The notes under the pieces: generated by a model
What the model was told of the DNA's origin: nothing
Seen by the model: only the letters and a program-made list of their open reading frames with translations
The model's database searches: none
Made by a program: the position numbers and the translations under genes
Shown: positions 25,044 through 35,022 of the stretch, piece after piece
How the letters are laid out: every line of letters begins with the position of its first letter
How positions within the stretch are numbered: position 1 is the first letter of the stretch
Assembly (NCBI GenBank): GCA_016932645.1
Contig: JAFGCL010000066.1
Coordinates: forward strand, 1-48,245
Reading direction: 5' to 3'
DNA length: 48,245 bases
Origin: Dehalococcoidia bacterium
GTDB lineage: Bacteria > Chloroflexota > Dehalococcoidia > UBA2247 > RBG-13-53-26

Positions 25044-25248
25044 GAGGCGACCTCTCCCAATTGTCAGTTGCGCCTTGAATCTCAGTGGCAGATGCTGCCA
25101 ACCCTAGCTTGGGATCTCTCCCTGAGATGTTGAAGTCCTACCAAGGCTATCGCGGGCGCTCCATGTCGGTCATAGGCCAGTTGGTGCCCAATGAGTGCCA
25201 GCCATTGTGTGCTCCAATCAACGGCGCACGTGACTGACTCGGAACAAG

Positions 25249-26484
25249 CTAGTCTTTGCTCTCAGCCAGATCTCTCTCGACCTGGAGGTACTGGTCAACG
25301 ATGCCACTCCAATCGAATACCACAACGTCCTGCAGGTTATTCGACTCCATTCTTCTTCGGAGGTCCTCGTTTCGATGCAACTCCAGGATGGCTTGGGCAA
25401 TCTCATCAGGGTTGGTGTTCACGAGCAAGCCATTTCTCCCCTGTATCACAACATCTGGAATGCCTCCCACCTTGGTGGCCACGATCGGCTTGCCCAGAGC
25501 CATCGCTTCCAGGCACGCGAGTGCGAAGGCTTCTCCTCGTGAGGGCATTACCAGGACGTCCACGGAGTTGAGCAGTCTTCGATAGTCGTGTATCGGCAGG
25601 AAGCCGGAGAACGTGACATTCTCCTCTAACCCATACTGCTGCACCATTTTCCTGAGCAGGTGCTTCTTGGGAACGTCAAGTGCTATGTAGAGGTGTATGT
25701 TCGGGATCCTGCCCTTGAGAGTGGCCATAGCCGTGACCAGCAGGTCACCCCCCTTAACAAACTTGCTGCCTCCAGGGAAGAGCAATGTGAATTCACCCTT
25801 CACCTCGGATTTCTCTGAAGAGCCTCTTTGGATCTCTGCAATGTTGATACCGTTGCTGATGACCACTGACTTGCCTTCCAAGTTGATGCCCCGCTCCGCA
25901 TACTCGCGCAGCATCGAAGCACTCACTTCCGTCACCGCAGTTGCCTTTTCCAGAGCTTCTTTGAACTTCCTCTTTCTCCAAGCAGCCAGGGGAATCATGA
26001 GTGGATGCACCGGCACGACTCCTCCCAGATAGTGTTCGCCGTGAGGGGTGGTCAGCGTCGGAGTCTGCAAGTCACCGAGGCTGCAGACGAAGAGGACACC
26101 CTCTGACATATGGGAGTGAATGACATCGAATTCCTTGTCTGAGAGGAATTGCCTCACCTGGCGCCGAATCCTCTTCCAGTAGACCCGGGCAAGAGACTCC
26201 TGCAAATAGGCATAGAACAACAAGAGGGCCCGGTTATGCGGATCGCATTCCCTGGCTGATCTTGCCTTCGGAGCGACGATAGACTTGGCCAGCGCTGTTG
26301 GGTCATAGAGAGGGCCAATGTTGAATAGCTCGACGTTCTCAAGGGTGTCATAATAGTGGACAATCTCCTCGTTCAAGACAATGCTTACGCTGTGACCTTT
26401 GTCTCTCAGGTGCCGGGACAGTTCATAGACAACAGTTTCAGCTCCGCCCCACCCTTTGGATAGAACGACCTGGCATATTTTCAT
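25249..26484 (-). CDS. glycosyltransferase GT4-like (tandem paralogue A)
   Basis: 411 aa. N-terminal MKICQVVLSKGWGGAETVVYEL and C-terminal MPSRGEAFALACLEAMALGKPIVATKVGGIPD. Clear paralogue of the adjacent gene. The start overlaps the upstream stop (ATGA at 26481-26484). Confidence 0.85.
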   Translation of the reverse strand: MKICQVVLSKGWGGAETVVYELSRHLRDKGHSVSIVLNEEIVHYYDTLENVELFNIGPLYDPTALAKSIVAPKARSARECDPHNRALLLFYAYLQESLARVYWKRIRRQVRQFLSDKEFDVIHSHMSEGVLFVCSLGDLQTPTLTTPHGEHYLGGVVPVHPLMIPLAAWRKRKFKEALEKATAVTEVSASMLREYAERGINLEGKSVVISNGINIAEIQRGSSEKSEVKGEFTLLFPGGSKFVKGGDLLVTAMATLKGRIPNIHLYIALDVPKKHLLRKMVQQYGLEENVTFSGFLPIHDYRRLLNSVDVLVMPSRGEAFALACLEAMALGKPIVATKVGGIPDVVIQGRNGLLVNTNPDEIAQAILELHRNEDLRRRMESNNLQDVVVFDWSGIVDQYLQVERDLAESKD

Positions 26485-27722
26485 CCGCGCTGGCGCTCCA
26501 TTGACACCTCTCGGTAGACTCTCATGAACTCGTCAACGATGCGGCTCCAATCGTATTTCGTCACGTCCTGCAGGTTGTTCTGGCTCATCTCTGTTCTGAG
26601 GCCTTCGTCTCTATACAGACGCACAATGGCGCTGGCGATCTGATCAGGATCCGGTCTCACCAGGATGCCATTCCTGCCATCTCTGACTACCTCCGGAATG
26701 CCGCCCGCGCTCGAGGCGACTACCGGCTTGCCCAGAGCCATGGCCTCCAGGAACACTATCCCAAAAGCCTCATCCCTGGACGGCATGACCAACGCGTCTA
26801 CGGAGCTGAGGAGACGCCTATACTCGTCCTTATTGAGGAACCCCACAAAGCTGACGCTGTCGTCCAATCCCATGTCTGCTACCATTCTCCGGATTCGGTG
26901 GTCGTGGGGAACATCCCAGGCCACATAAAGGTGGAACTCCGGTATCTCTTTCCTCACCGCAGGCAGAGCCCTGACCACCAGGTCTCCGCCTTTGATGAAC
27001 TTTGCCCCGCCAGGGAAGAGCAGGTTGAATCTGCCTTTCAGCTTCAGTGCCGATCCCATGCTGCGCTGGATATCAGATAGATTCACCCCGTTGGGTATTA
27101 CCGCATATCGCCCCGCGAGTGAAGCCCCCTGTGCTTCCCATGCTGGCAACATGAAAGCGCTGGGCCCTATCACCTTGTCCATCTTCTGCAGCGCCTTCCG
27201 GAACTCCCTCGCCTTCCACTTTGCTATTGGACGCAGTAGTGGATGCACGGGTTCTGTGCCTCTCAGGTTGCCTTCGCCGGCAACCATGGCTATCGCCGCT
27301 ATTCTCAGTGTCTTGAGTTCATGAGCCATGCGGGACACGAGGGGAACCGAATCTTCGAGGATGGGGCTGACAATGTCCGTGTGGTCATTCGACAGCCATT
27401 GCACTACTTCGCGTCGAGTTTTCCTGAGGCACAGGCGGCGAGCGATCTCATCCAGGTAGGGAGAGGGCAGTGACAGTGCTCGCGACAGAAGGCTGCGTCC
27501 CCGACCGACCTTCAGGAGAAAAGAAAAGGCAGAGTCGGGTGGATACAATGCGCCGATGCTGAGCAGCCTGACACCCTCCAGATCAGAGTACTGCTCATAG
27601 GTCTCCCTGTTCAGCACTATGCTCACGCTTTCGCCCTTGGCACGAAGGTGGCGCGCCAGTTCGTAGACTGCCGTCTCCGCCCCTCCCCATTCACCTGAAA
27701 GGAGGACAAAGCAGATGTTCAT
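26481..27722 (-). CDS. glycosyltransferase GT4-like (tandem paralogue B)
   Basis: 413 aa. MNICFVLLSGEWGGAETAVYEL and MPSRDEAFGIVFLEAMALGKPVVASSAGGIPE. ATGA overlap with the upstream gene at 27719-27722. Confidence 0.85.
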   Translation of the reverse strand: MNICFVLLSGEWGGAETAVYELARHLRAKGESVSIVLNRETYEQYSDLEGVRLLSIGALYPPDSAFSFLLKVGRGRSLLSRALSLPSPYLDEIARRLCLRKTRREVVQWLSNDHTDIVSPILEDSVPLVSRMAHELKTLRIAAIAMVAGEGNLRGTEPVHPLLRPIAKWKAREFRKALQKMDKVIGPSAFMLPAWEAQGASLAGRYAVIPNGVNLSDIQRSMGSALKLKGRFNLLFPGGAKFIKGGDLVVRALPAVRKEIPEFHLYVAWDVPHDHRIRRMVADMGLDDSVSFVGFLNKDEYRRLLSSVDALVMPSRDEAFGIVFLEAMALGKPVVASSAGGIPEVVRDGRNGILVRPDPDQIASAIVRLYRDEGLRTEMSQNNLQDVTKYDWSRIVDEFMRVYREVSMERQRG

Positions 27723-28747
27723 GGCGACCTGCCAACCTTGCCCCTGTTTCGGCAGACGGATATGATGCGCTTCGGGTAGTACTTGGGGTCCTGTCTCCAG
27801 CTATATGCGAATACGGCCAGCTTGATGAACGCAGCCGGAACCTGAGTCCTCAAGCCGGAACTGAAACCCTGCCTCAGTAGAGCCTCCCGTATCCCTGGCT
27901 GATGCTCCCAGACGGCCTTCCACTGATTCCCCGCGTTGGCTACTGTCTCGAAGTCGACCTTGCGGCTCCTTGCGTACTCCAGGAACCTGTCCAGGTTTCT
28001 GATCATCGTTCCTCGCCGCTCGGGGCTCCAGGAGTGAAGGATCATCACCATGATCACCAGTGGCTGAAAGTGCCTCCGGATGTGGTACTGTTGAAAGACG
28101 AGCTTCATTATAGACAGGGGAGTGATGTCCGGTTCGAGCATGTTGCACCACAGTGTCGGGGCCGGCATACCTCTGGTTACCGGAATCTCGAGGATGTCCA
28201 GCCGTTCGTCACCATCATGGCTGACAACATCGTATCCTCTTGGGGAGGGATAGTAGGCGGATAGCGGCGGTATCCTTTGGTGCCCCTGGTGCCATCCCTC
28301 CGGCTCGTCGAGCGCACTGGCGACCGAGCTGTCAAATCTGAAGCCTCTCTCCGCGATAGCCTGAAGGGCCGCCGTGGACTGGCAGAGGCCCCCTCCTCTG
28401 AAGGATGCCGGTTCATGGTAGGGCTTCAGCAGATGCATTGACTCTTCAAGCTCTGTCCGGATCTGCTCAGTGGAGACATTCCTCAGTCCAACATCAAGGC
28501 TGTCCTTCCAATGAACGTGCAGGCCCACCTCGTCTCCTTGACGGCAATACTCTCGGAGCAGGTCTAGAGCTGCAGGCTCGCGGCAGAGTCTGGGTTCCAC
28601 GAACCAGGTGATGGGAGCCTTGTGTCTATTGCTTGTCTCCTTGATCAGCCCCAGGGATTCGACGCTGGAGTCCTCCACATCACAAGTGAGACAAAGAAGC
28701 ACCCTCCCGTTTGTCTTGTGCAAGTCGTTCACCATCTCCAGCGCCAT
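27719..28747 (-). CDS. polysaccharide deacetylase-like / glycoside hydrolase-deacetylase barrel protein (tentative)
   Basis: 342-aa ORF. The N-terminal LLCLTCDVEDS and downstream HVHW resemble deacetylase-superfamily motifs. The family assignment is weak. The coding call is supported by translational coupling. Confidence 0.55.
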   Translation of the reverse strand: MALEMVNDLHKTNGRVLLCLTCDVEDSSVESLGLIKETSNRHKAPITWFVEPRLCREPAALDLLREYCRQGDEVGLHVHWKDSLDVGLRNVSTEQIRTELEESMHLLKPYHEPASFRGGGLCQSTAALQAIAERGFRFDSSVASALDEPEGWHQGHQRIPPLSAYYPSPRGYDVVSHDGDERLDILEIPVTRGMPAPTLWCNMLEPDITPLSIMKLVFQQYHIRRHFQPLVIMVMILHSWSPERRGTMIRNLDRFLEYARSRKVDFETVANAGNQWKAVWEHQPGIREALLRQGFSSGLRTQVPAAFIKLAVFAYSWRQDPKYYPKRIISVCRNRGKVGRSP

Positions 28748-28759
28748 TTCCTCGTCTGT

Positions 28760-29821
28760 TCAGAACACATCCACATCGCCGGCGACGACATGCCATTCCT
28801 TGAGGTCCGATATTGTGCTTGGGTCGACATCGGAGGCAAGTGGCCTCGCCAGCAGACGAAGATGCTCTCCGCGCTTGAGGAATCCCTGCCTTTTGTACAA
28901 CGCACGATATGGACTGTCTTGCAGAATGCGACACAACACTATGTCCGGCCCCCGCTCCTTCAGATGGTCCAGGCCGGCCTGGATCAGACGTGATGCGGCC
29001 GCGGGTTTCTCCGGCGCGAACAGGTAGTCCACTATATATCCTCGCTTGATTGGCCCTTCTTCGAATCTCAGCACAATGAAACCCGCCACGTCACCCTGTG
29101 ACTCTCCGGCCAAGACCGAATACTCCCTGTCAGGGCAAGAGAGGTAGCGCCAGTTTAGGTAGCTGGAGTCCTTCCAGACGGCAATTGGGAAACGGTCCTT
29201 GACTGTCAGCCAGAGACGGTCGAAACGGTCATCAAATCTTGTGATTTTGGTGATGGCAAAGGGTTCAGGCTGTATTGGTCGGTCGCGGCTCTCTCTAAGC
29301 GCGAGAAGGAACTGGAGGCATTTGCCTCCGATCGAGGCGATATGAGCCGATCGGAGCCTGTGCTGTATCACGGCGCGAGGGTTGAGGACCTTGACGAGTT
29401 GCACCAATTCGCCCACGTAGTCCGAGCCAAGCTCCTTTACAGATACTGGAAGGGATTGCTCGTTGGGGAAATGGTACATCAGCTTGATGCCTTGGGCGCC
29501 GGCGAGGGCATAGCAGTCCTTCGCCAATGCAGCAAACATGCCTTGATGCCTGTAGTCGGGATGGACCATGGAATCAACTCTCTGAGCGCCCAGGACTCTA
29601 AGCCCCCGGAGATTCATCCAGGTGGGCAGCAGGGCACATTGCCCCACAATACCCTGGGAATCTTCAGCCACAACCGTGCACATCATCTTTGTCGCGTTAT
29701 CTACGTACTTCCACCTCCAGTGGCTGATGGGCTGTTTCTCATTGAATACCGCTTCGAACAAGCGGGCAATCGCGGCACCGTCATCCTTTGTGGCTGGCCT
29801 GCTTCGCCAACTGGCGGTCAT
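28760..29821 (-). CDS. GNAT-family N-acetyltransferase (two-lobed)
   Basis: Acetyl-CoA motif context HPDYRHQGMFAALAKD. The start is trimmed to ATG 29821 (MTASWRSRPATKDD), preceded by AGGAGG. Confidence 0.7.
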   Translation of the reverse strand: MTASWRSRPATKDDGAAIARLFEAVFNEKQPISHWRWKYVDNATKMMCTVVAEDSQGIVGQCALLPTWMNLRGLRVLGAQRVDSMVHPDYRHQGMFAALAKDCYALAGAQGIKLMYHFPNEQSLPVSVKELGSDYVGELVQLVKVLNPRAVIQHRLRSAHIASIGGKCLQFLLALRESRDRPIQPEPFAITKITRFDDRFDRLWLTVKDRFPIAVWKDSSYLNWRYLSCPDREYSVLAGESQGDVAGFIVLRFEEGPIKRGYIVDYLFAPEKPAAASRLIQAGLDHLKERGPDIVLCRILQDSPYRALYKRQGFLKRGEHLRLLARPLASDVDPSTISDLKEWHVVAGDVDVF

Positions 29822-29949
29822 GTTCCTCCTGACTTCCCATGGGTCATCTTGCCGGCACTCATGACGCATCCCATGTCCCGGAGGGGATGCCATGGCCAAT
29901 CATACACCCGCGCTGAAGTAGATGGCTGAAAAAGCTGATAGACTCATTG

Positions 29950-31479
29950 CTAGGGCTTGCGTCCCCCACCTGCCCGGCCAATCCGCGCCAGTCTCTCTCG
30001 GGCAGCCGTTAGAACACTACCTGCCATGCTCCACGCTGAACGCAAATCCTCACGCGTGTAGAATCGCAATGCGAACAGAAGAACGGGGTAGCCCAGCAAC
30101 GTCGTCGCCCGAAGCATACCTTCCAGTATTGCAGACTCGTTGGTGATATACAGGGACGCTACGTAGAGCGGGACGGCAGCGAGAAACGGCTTGGCGATTC
30201 TGAGGAAGTCGTACTGAATCGAACAGTATCTCCTTGAGACGAAGTACGATGCTATCGGCAGCACCAACATGGAGACGGCAGTAGTTATCGCGGCCCCCAT
30301 CATTCCATAACGAGGAATCAGAATGAAGTTCAGGGCTATGTTCACGACCGCGGCACTTCCCACCATGAGAGGTATGGTCGTTGTCTTCTTCTCCAGGTAG
30401 ATTCCTACCTGCAGGGCATATGAACATCCCAAGAACAAGTATGAAAGAGCCAGGAGCGGAACGACCTTGTACGCATCGTAGTATTCTGAGTCGCGGGCCA
30501 TGATATGGATGACATCCTCTGACAGGACAGATAACCCCAAGACGACAAACACCCCGGCAAACACAAGGTAGGTCAGAGTAGACGAGTAGATCTGCTTCGC
30601 GTTCTTTTCCTCCGAAACGCCGAGCATGAACGGCATCCAGGCCAGATTGAAAGGTGTCATTATGACAGCCTGGGCTATCCTGCCGAAACTGTAACCAAGG
30701 GAGTAAAGGCCGACGGCATCGGTGCCAACCGCAGGGTAATGCGACATAAACTGAAGGAAGTATCTGTCGGACGAGATCAGCACGAAGTCGGCCAGACTCG
30801 AAGGCACCATGGGAAGACCGAAACGCAGCATTTCATTCAGCTTCTTCATTGAGAATCTGAGCTTGGTTGTGATGGCGAGCCGGCCGACCAGCAAGATGTA
30901 CAGAACGGCCAAGCTGATGAGATCGGCCAGCACAATGCCGATCACGCCCTTCTTCAAGACCGTGAGGAAAGTAACCTTCAGCGCCACGCTGAGGCCAAGC
31001 TGAAACAGGGAAAACGCGACGTACTTCCCTGGCTCTTCTTTGGCCCTGAATACCACCATGGCGACGGTGACACCCGCATCGAAGAATATCGCCAGGAAAA
31101 CGATGAGGAAGCCAGAGGCATACTGGTGTGAGTGAAAGAAGACCGACGAGAGCACTCCACTCAAGGCGCCCAGTGTCAGACACATCACCAGCGTAACGAT
31201 GCCGAGAGAAATCAGGGCGGTGCTTATTACCTCTTCCTGCTCACCCTTTTCCTTGTATTGGAAGAAGAACCTGAGCAGCGCGTGGGGAACGATGCCCATG
31301 TAGGCGATGAATATGACGATAAGCTGTGTTGTGGTGAAGATCGACAGAACACCGTAGTCTTCGACTGACAACCAACTCGTGTAGAGAGGGATGAGAAAGA
31401 AGTTGACGAGGGGTACGCTCATCGTGCTGAGCCCGTACACGATGGAGTTCTTGGACAGGCGGAAGAGGTGTCTCTTCAT
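29950..31479 (-). CDS. Wzx-like oligosaccharide flippase (MOP/polysaccharide biosynthesis protein family)
   Basis: 509 aa with about 14 hydrophobic helices. The N-terminal NSIVYGLSTMSVPLVNFFLIPLYTSWLSVEDYGV is typical of Wzx/polysaccharide biosynthesis proteins. Confidence 0.8.
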   Translation of the reverse strand: MKRHLFRLSKNSIVYGLSTMSVPLVNFFLIPLYTSWLSVEDYGVLSIFTTTQLIVIFIAYMGIVPHALLRFFFQYKEKGEQEEVISTALISLGIVTLVMCLTLGALSGVLSSVFFHSHQYASGFLIVFLAIFFDAGVTVAMVVFRAKEEPGKYVAFSLFQLGLSVALKVTFLTVLKKGVIGIVLADLISLAVLYILLVGRLAITTKLRFSMKKLNEMLRFGLPMVPSSLADFVLISSDRYFLQFMSHYPAVGTDAVGLYSLGYSFGRIAQAVIMTPFNLAWMPFMLGVSEEKNAKQIYSSTLTYLVFAGVFVVLGLSVLSEDVIHIMARDSEYYDAYKVVPLLALSYLFLGCSYALQVGIYLEKKTTTIPLMVGSAAVVNIALNFILIPRYGMMGAAITTAVSMLVLPIASYFVSRRYCSIQYDFLRIAKPFLAAVPLYVASLYITNESAILEGMLRATTLLGYPVLLFALRFYTREDLRSAWSMAGSVLTAARERLARIGRAGGGRKP

Positions 31480-31740
31480 CTCAGAATCCTAGGGCATTGG
31501 CACCAGGCAGACGCCGCTTGTCTCCCGCAAACGCGCAGACTCTCCCCTGACGACTCATTCTCCCACTGGATTGCCAACACAGCAATCTGCTTGCATCTCA
31601 TGGGTCTTCGCCCGCTGCAGAGGCCACCATCGCTAGAACAAGTCGGACAGCGGGAGATCAACCAATCCCGTCCCACTATTCTTGACAGACCATCCAGCTT
31701 GTGTTCTACTCTGGACGAAAGACACCGCCGGAGAAGGGCA

Positions 31741-31968
31741 ATGACATCCACAGTAACTGGAGCGGGCTCGATTGCTGACCCAACCTTGGTGATTATATCC
31801 TCATTTGGTGTCGTCGCTGCCGTCCTGCTGTTGGCCCTCTTGATCATAAAGGAGCTCGCCTCTGCCAGTGGGGATCCCCGGCTCCAACTCATCGGACGTT
31901 ACCCGCATGTTGCCACGATCCCGTTGTTGTTGGTATTCGGCCTAACAGCAATCGCGGACCTCTTGTGA
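31741..31968 (+). CDS. small two-helix membrane protein (hypothetical)
   Basis: 75 aa counted from the internal ATG, with GGAGAAGGG just upstream. Two hydrophobic helices (LVIISSFGVVAAVLLLALLII and TIPLLLVFGLTAIADLL). No family recognised. Confidence 0.35.
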   Translation: MTSTVTGAGSIADPTLVIISSFGVVAAVLLLALLIIKELASASGDPRLQLIGRYPHVATIPLLLVFGLTAIADLL

Positions 31969-31972
31969 ATCC

Positions 31973-32671
31973 TCATCCGGGCAAGACAAAAGGAAACACG
32001 AGATACAAACATATATTGGCTATGCCGTGGGCCAGAGCTACTCCCAGGAGCGACCTCGTTCTCATCACCACCCAGCCAAAGAACAGCCCTGCCAGCAGGA
32101 CAAAGAGCCACTGCAACGGTGAATGATGGCCTAATTGGAGCAAGGAGAACACGACTGCGGTGTACACCAGACCCTGGGACCCCATTGCCTCGATAGAGCA
32201 GCGCTGCATCACTCCCCGGAAGAACAACTCCTCGACAAGACCTGTGGCTACGAGAAGAATGATACCAGGAATCAACACTTCACTCAGAGTCAGAGCGGAA
32301 ACCAGAGGTTCCGGCTTCAGAATATAGTATTCGGCCAGCCCGATGCCGATCCCCGTTAAAGCCACCAAACCTTGGAGCGCGGTCTTTCGAAACGACAGCC
32401 CGATTTCTGAAGGCGCCAACTCAAGGATTCTAATGGCGATCAGAGTGGCGATGAGCACAGGGATAGATGCTATGAGATACTGGTAGATAGGCGTGAACCG
32501 GGCTAGCGGCATGGCCAGAGTCAAAATCCTTATCATGGGTACAATGGCCAGGGCCAAGTAGAGCTTCCCGAAAGATCTGTTCGGCGCCAGGGAGCTGTGG
32601 ACTATGAGGGCCGAGAGGATGACGGCATGCAGGATGACTCCCGCCAGGGGGTCGACCAGAGTGGTGATCAA
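31973..32671 (-). CDS. CPBP family intramembrane glutamic endopeptidase (CAAX protease/Abi family)
   Basis: Signature motifs EELFFRG, LLQLGHH and ALAHGIAN in a polytopic 232-aa protein. Confidence 0.85.
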   Translation of the reverse strand: MITTLVDPLAGVILHAVILSALIVHSSLAPNRSFGKLYLALAIVPMIRILTLAMPLARFTPIYQYLIASIPVLIATLIAIRILELAPSEIGLSFRKTALQGLVALTGIGIGLAEYYILKPEPLVSALTLSEVLIPGIILLVATGLVEELFFRGVMQRCSIEAMGSQGLVYTAVVFSLLQLGHHSPLQWLFVLLAGLFFGWVVMRTRSLLGVALAHGIANICLYLVFPFVLPG

Positions 32672-32709
32672 CTCAGCCGCGGCAATGGCAATCAGATAAA
32701 GGACTGCTG

Positions 32710-33528
32710 CTACGATGTCGTCTCCTCCACGGTTATCGAGAGGTTGGCGGTACGGTACAACTCGGTGCCCCCGTCTTTATGTTTGTATAGCAGGAACTCA
32801 ATCTCCTGACGCCCCGACTTGGTGGGGACGATGGTGACCGTCTCGTCCCGTGCCTCCCCGTGAGTCAAAGTGAACCGTTCTTTCTCTTCCACCACTTCGC
32901 TGTCAACTCGCGCTTGAACATGGTAGGAGGTGCTCTCGTGCTCTTGACTCGCGATGTGCAAGGTCACCGTCAGTGGCTCTCCAATGGCCAGTCTCGTCGG
33001 GTAGTCTCCCGCTGCCGGTATGTAGAACTCGGTGAACTTCTCTCCCTGCCTGGGGACGGCCATGACGTAGACCAGGGCTCCTGTTCCCACCAGGATCGAC
33101 AGCACCAGAATGATCGAGAGGGCCTTCTCCAGCCGGTTCAGTTGGCTCCACTTGGAGGACTCAACCCGGGGCAGCACATGGAATCTCTCCTCTATTGGGA
33201 GCCTTCGCCGCAGCCAAATGGCAATGGCCGCTGCAACCAGGATGAAGATGGCAATCGATGCAGTGACAGTGTAGAGATTGATGCCCAGGGGGGTGTAGTT
33301 GAGAATCAGCCCTATTGCGATGACAACGGCGATGCTCGATGCGAAGCTCAAGGCCACCCTCTCCATGGGGTCGAGGCTGTCCTTCCTGGGAAAGACGGCG
33401 GCTATCAGAGTGTAGCCGGGAAAGAAGAGCAGGAACAGCAGTCCGAGAACAACCCGTATCCATCCAGTTGTAAGTAGGACGACTGGTATCAGGAGCAGCG
33501 TGAGAGCGACGATGAAGATCAGTCCCAT
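32710..33528 (-). CDS. DUF1616-like membrane protein
   Basis: The N-terminal block LFFPGYTLIAAVFPRKDSLDPMERVALSFASSIAVVIAIGLILNYTPLGI matches my memory of the mostly archaeal DUF1616 family. The C-terminal half is beta-rich and extracytoplasmic. Confidence 0.7.
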   Translation of the reverse strand: MGLIFIVALTLLLIPVVLLTTGWIRVVLGLLFLLFFPGYTLIAAVFPRKDSLDPMERVALSFASSIAVVIAIGLILNYTPLGINLYTVTASIAIFILVAAAIAIWLRRRLPIEERFHVLPRVESSKWSQLNRLEKALSIILVLSILVGTGALVYVMAVPRQGEKFTEFYIPAAGDYPTRLAIGEPLTVTLHIASQEHESTSYHVQARVDSEVVEEKERFTLTHGEARDETVTIVPTKSGRQEIEFLLYKHKDGGTELYRTANLSITVEETTS

Positions 33529-33571
33529 GTCAGTCTGGTGTCAGCAGGAACGCTCGGATCGACAGCATGCA

Positions 33572-33600
33572 ATTCTACTGTATAGCATGCCAAATGTGAA
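33572..33600 (-). promoter_or_regulatory. sigma70-type promoter candidate for the DUF1616/CPBP unit
   Basis: The minus strand reads TTCACA, a 17-nt spacer, then TAGAAT, about 44 nt upstream of the ATG at 33528. Confidence 0.35.
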
Positions 33601-33831
33601 ACAGCATTGCTCCAGACAATGGAGGATGCATCCAGTCGTCGGAGTCTGGACACAAGCGGGCGAGCACCAAGCGGTGGCTGTGATCGAAGGAATCAGCACC
33701 GCACCCGTCATGGTGGATCAAGTGAGCGTTTGCCGGGGAACGGCGGCTGACAGATGATGTCCCCTGTGCAAACCCGGGACCCTAGCCTTGAGTGACGGCT
33801 GCGCCTTGCTGCGGAGCGCCATTGTGATGCT

Positions 33832-34857
33832 TCAGGCTTGGTACCCTCTGGAACCACCGTGGACTATCTTCTGGCCCTGCTGCAGGACCTTCTCGGCAGA
33901 GAACTTCTCGGCGTAGCCAACGAAAGGATGAGCCAGCACCACGGCTATGCCACGACCGGAACCAAAGAAGCCGGGGGGCGGTGTCCCCAGATTGTCTTTC
34001 CACCATCCGGCGTCGTAGAACGCAGAGACCACAGCGATTGAGGCAGGCTCATGGCTGAAGAACCTGCAGCCCTCCTGCAGCTTCGGCCAGAGATACCGCA
34101 GACAGTCCCGCACCGAACTGACAAGATCGGCATCTTCAAACACCAAGACAATGGAGTCAGTGTCAATGTCTTTGAGTGTGTTCTCGAAATAGCCTTTCAC
34201 GAATCGACAAACGCTGACATCCCCCAGTCTCTCTACGTTCCGCTTCACGCCGTCCAGGCCACCCTCGCTGGTGAACTCTCCCTCCTCCCAGTGGTAATAG
34301 AGCATTTCGCGGGCGCTGTCGGCATTGATGTCATTCTCTTCGCCGGGCAGAGGAGCGGGCAGCCCTTCAAACGAGTCACAGACGAACAGCCTCCTGTTGG
34401 TTAAGGCGCAGGCCAAGGACAGACTGATCGTGGTGGCCCCATTGTAGCAACCGCACTCCACAACGTCGCCTTTGACAGATTTGGGTATCCGCAGGATCTC
34501 CTCTATTAGCACGAGATGCAGTTGCCACGATGTCAGAGACCTGACTCTCCTGCTGTTCCGAACGATCCTCCTGGCCAGCTTCAGTTTGGCCAGCCGGCCT
34601 ATGCCGTAGTCCTTTCCAGATTGATTTGCGGCAAACCTGAGAACCAGGAGTGAGTCATTGAGGAATGAGAACAGCCTAGCAGTGAGCCCGCGCTCGCCTG
34701 CGTAGATCTCCCATCCCTTCCAGTCGCTGGGTTCAGTACTCATCGCACCAGTCAATCCGCGTGGCAAGTATGGGTCTTGCTCTCGCCGCTTCTTGGAGTC
34801 GACTACACATGATCGGAGTGACGTCTTTGACCTGAGACATTCTACCAATTCCACCAC
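33832..34857 (-). CDS. TylF/MycF-like O-methyltransferase (class I SAM MTase)
   Basis: GDVVECGCYNGATTISLSLA and LFVCDSFEGLP are characteristic of the macrocin-O-methyltransferase (TylF) family. The start is uncertain (GTG 34857 or ATG 34743). Confidence 0.75.
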   Translation of the reverse strand: MVELVECLRSKTSLRSCVVDSKKRREQDPYLPRGLTGAMSTEPSDWKGWEIYAGERGLTARLFSFLNDSLLVLRFAANQSGKDYGIGRLAKLKLARRIVRNSRRVRSLTSWQLHLVLIEEILRIPKSVKGDVVECGCYNGATTISLSLACALTNRRLFVCDSFEGLPAPLPGEENDINADSAREMLYYHWEEGEFTSEGGLDGVKRNVERLGDVSVCRFVKGYFENTLKDIDTDSIVLVFEDADLVSSVRDCLRYLWPKLQEGCRFFSHEPASIAVVSAFYDAGWWKDNLGTPPPGFFGSGRGIAVVLAHPFVGYAEKFSAEKVLQQGQKIVHGGSRGYQA

Positions 34858-35022
34858 TGCCCCTCAATGCTATACTATTGCGATGGCTTGTTGGAGCGGT
34901 GGCGTCCGATCGAGCTGACAGAGCGGGCATTCACGAGAAGAGAAGTGAACCAACAGAGGACTCATGGATCCCTGTCAGAGAACAGGTTCCTATTGTGCCT
35001 GTACACTCTCTCGATCGCCTCA

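Noticed and set aside
25043-25057. GAGAGG-cga-CCTCTC hairpin right after the methyltransferase stop, considered as a terminator
   Set aside because: It has only a 6-bp stem with a 3-nt loop and no downstream T-run, which is too weak to call.
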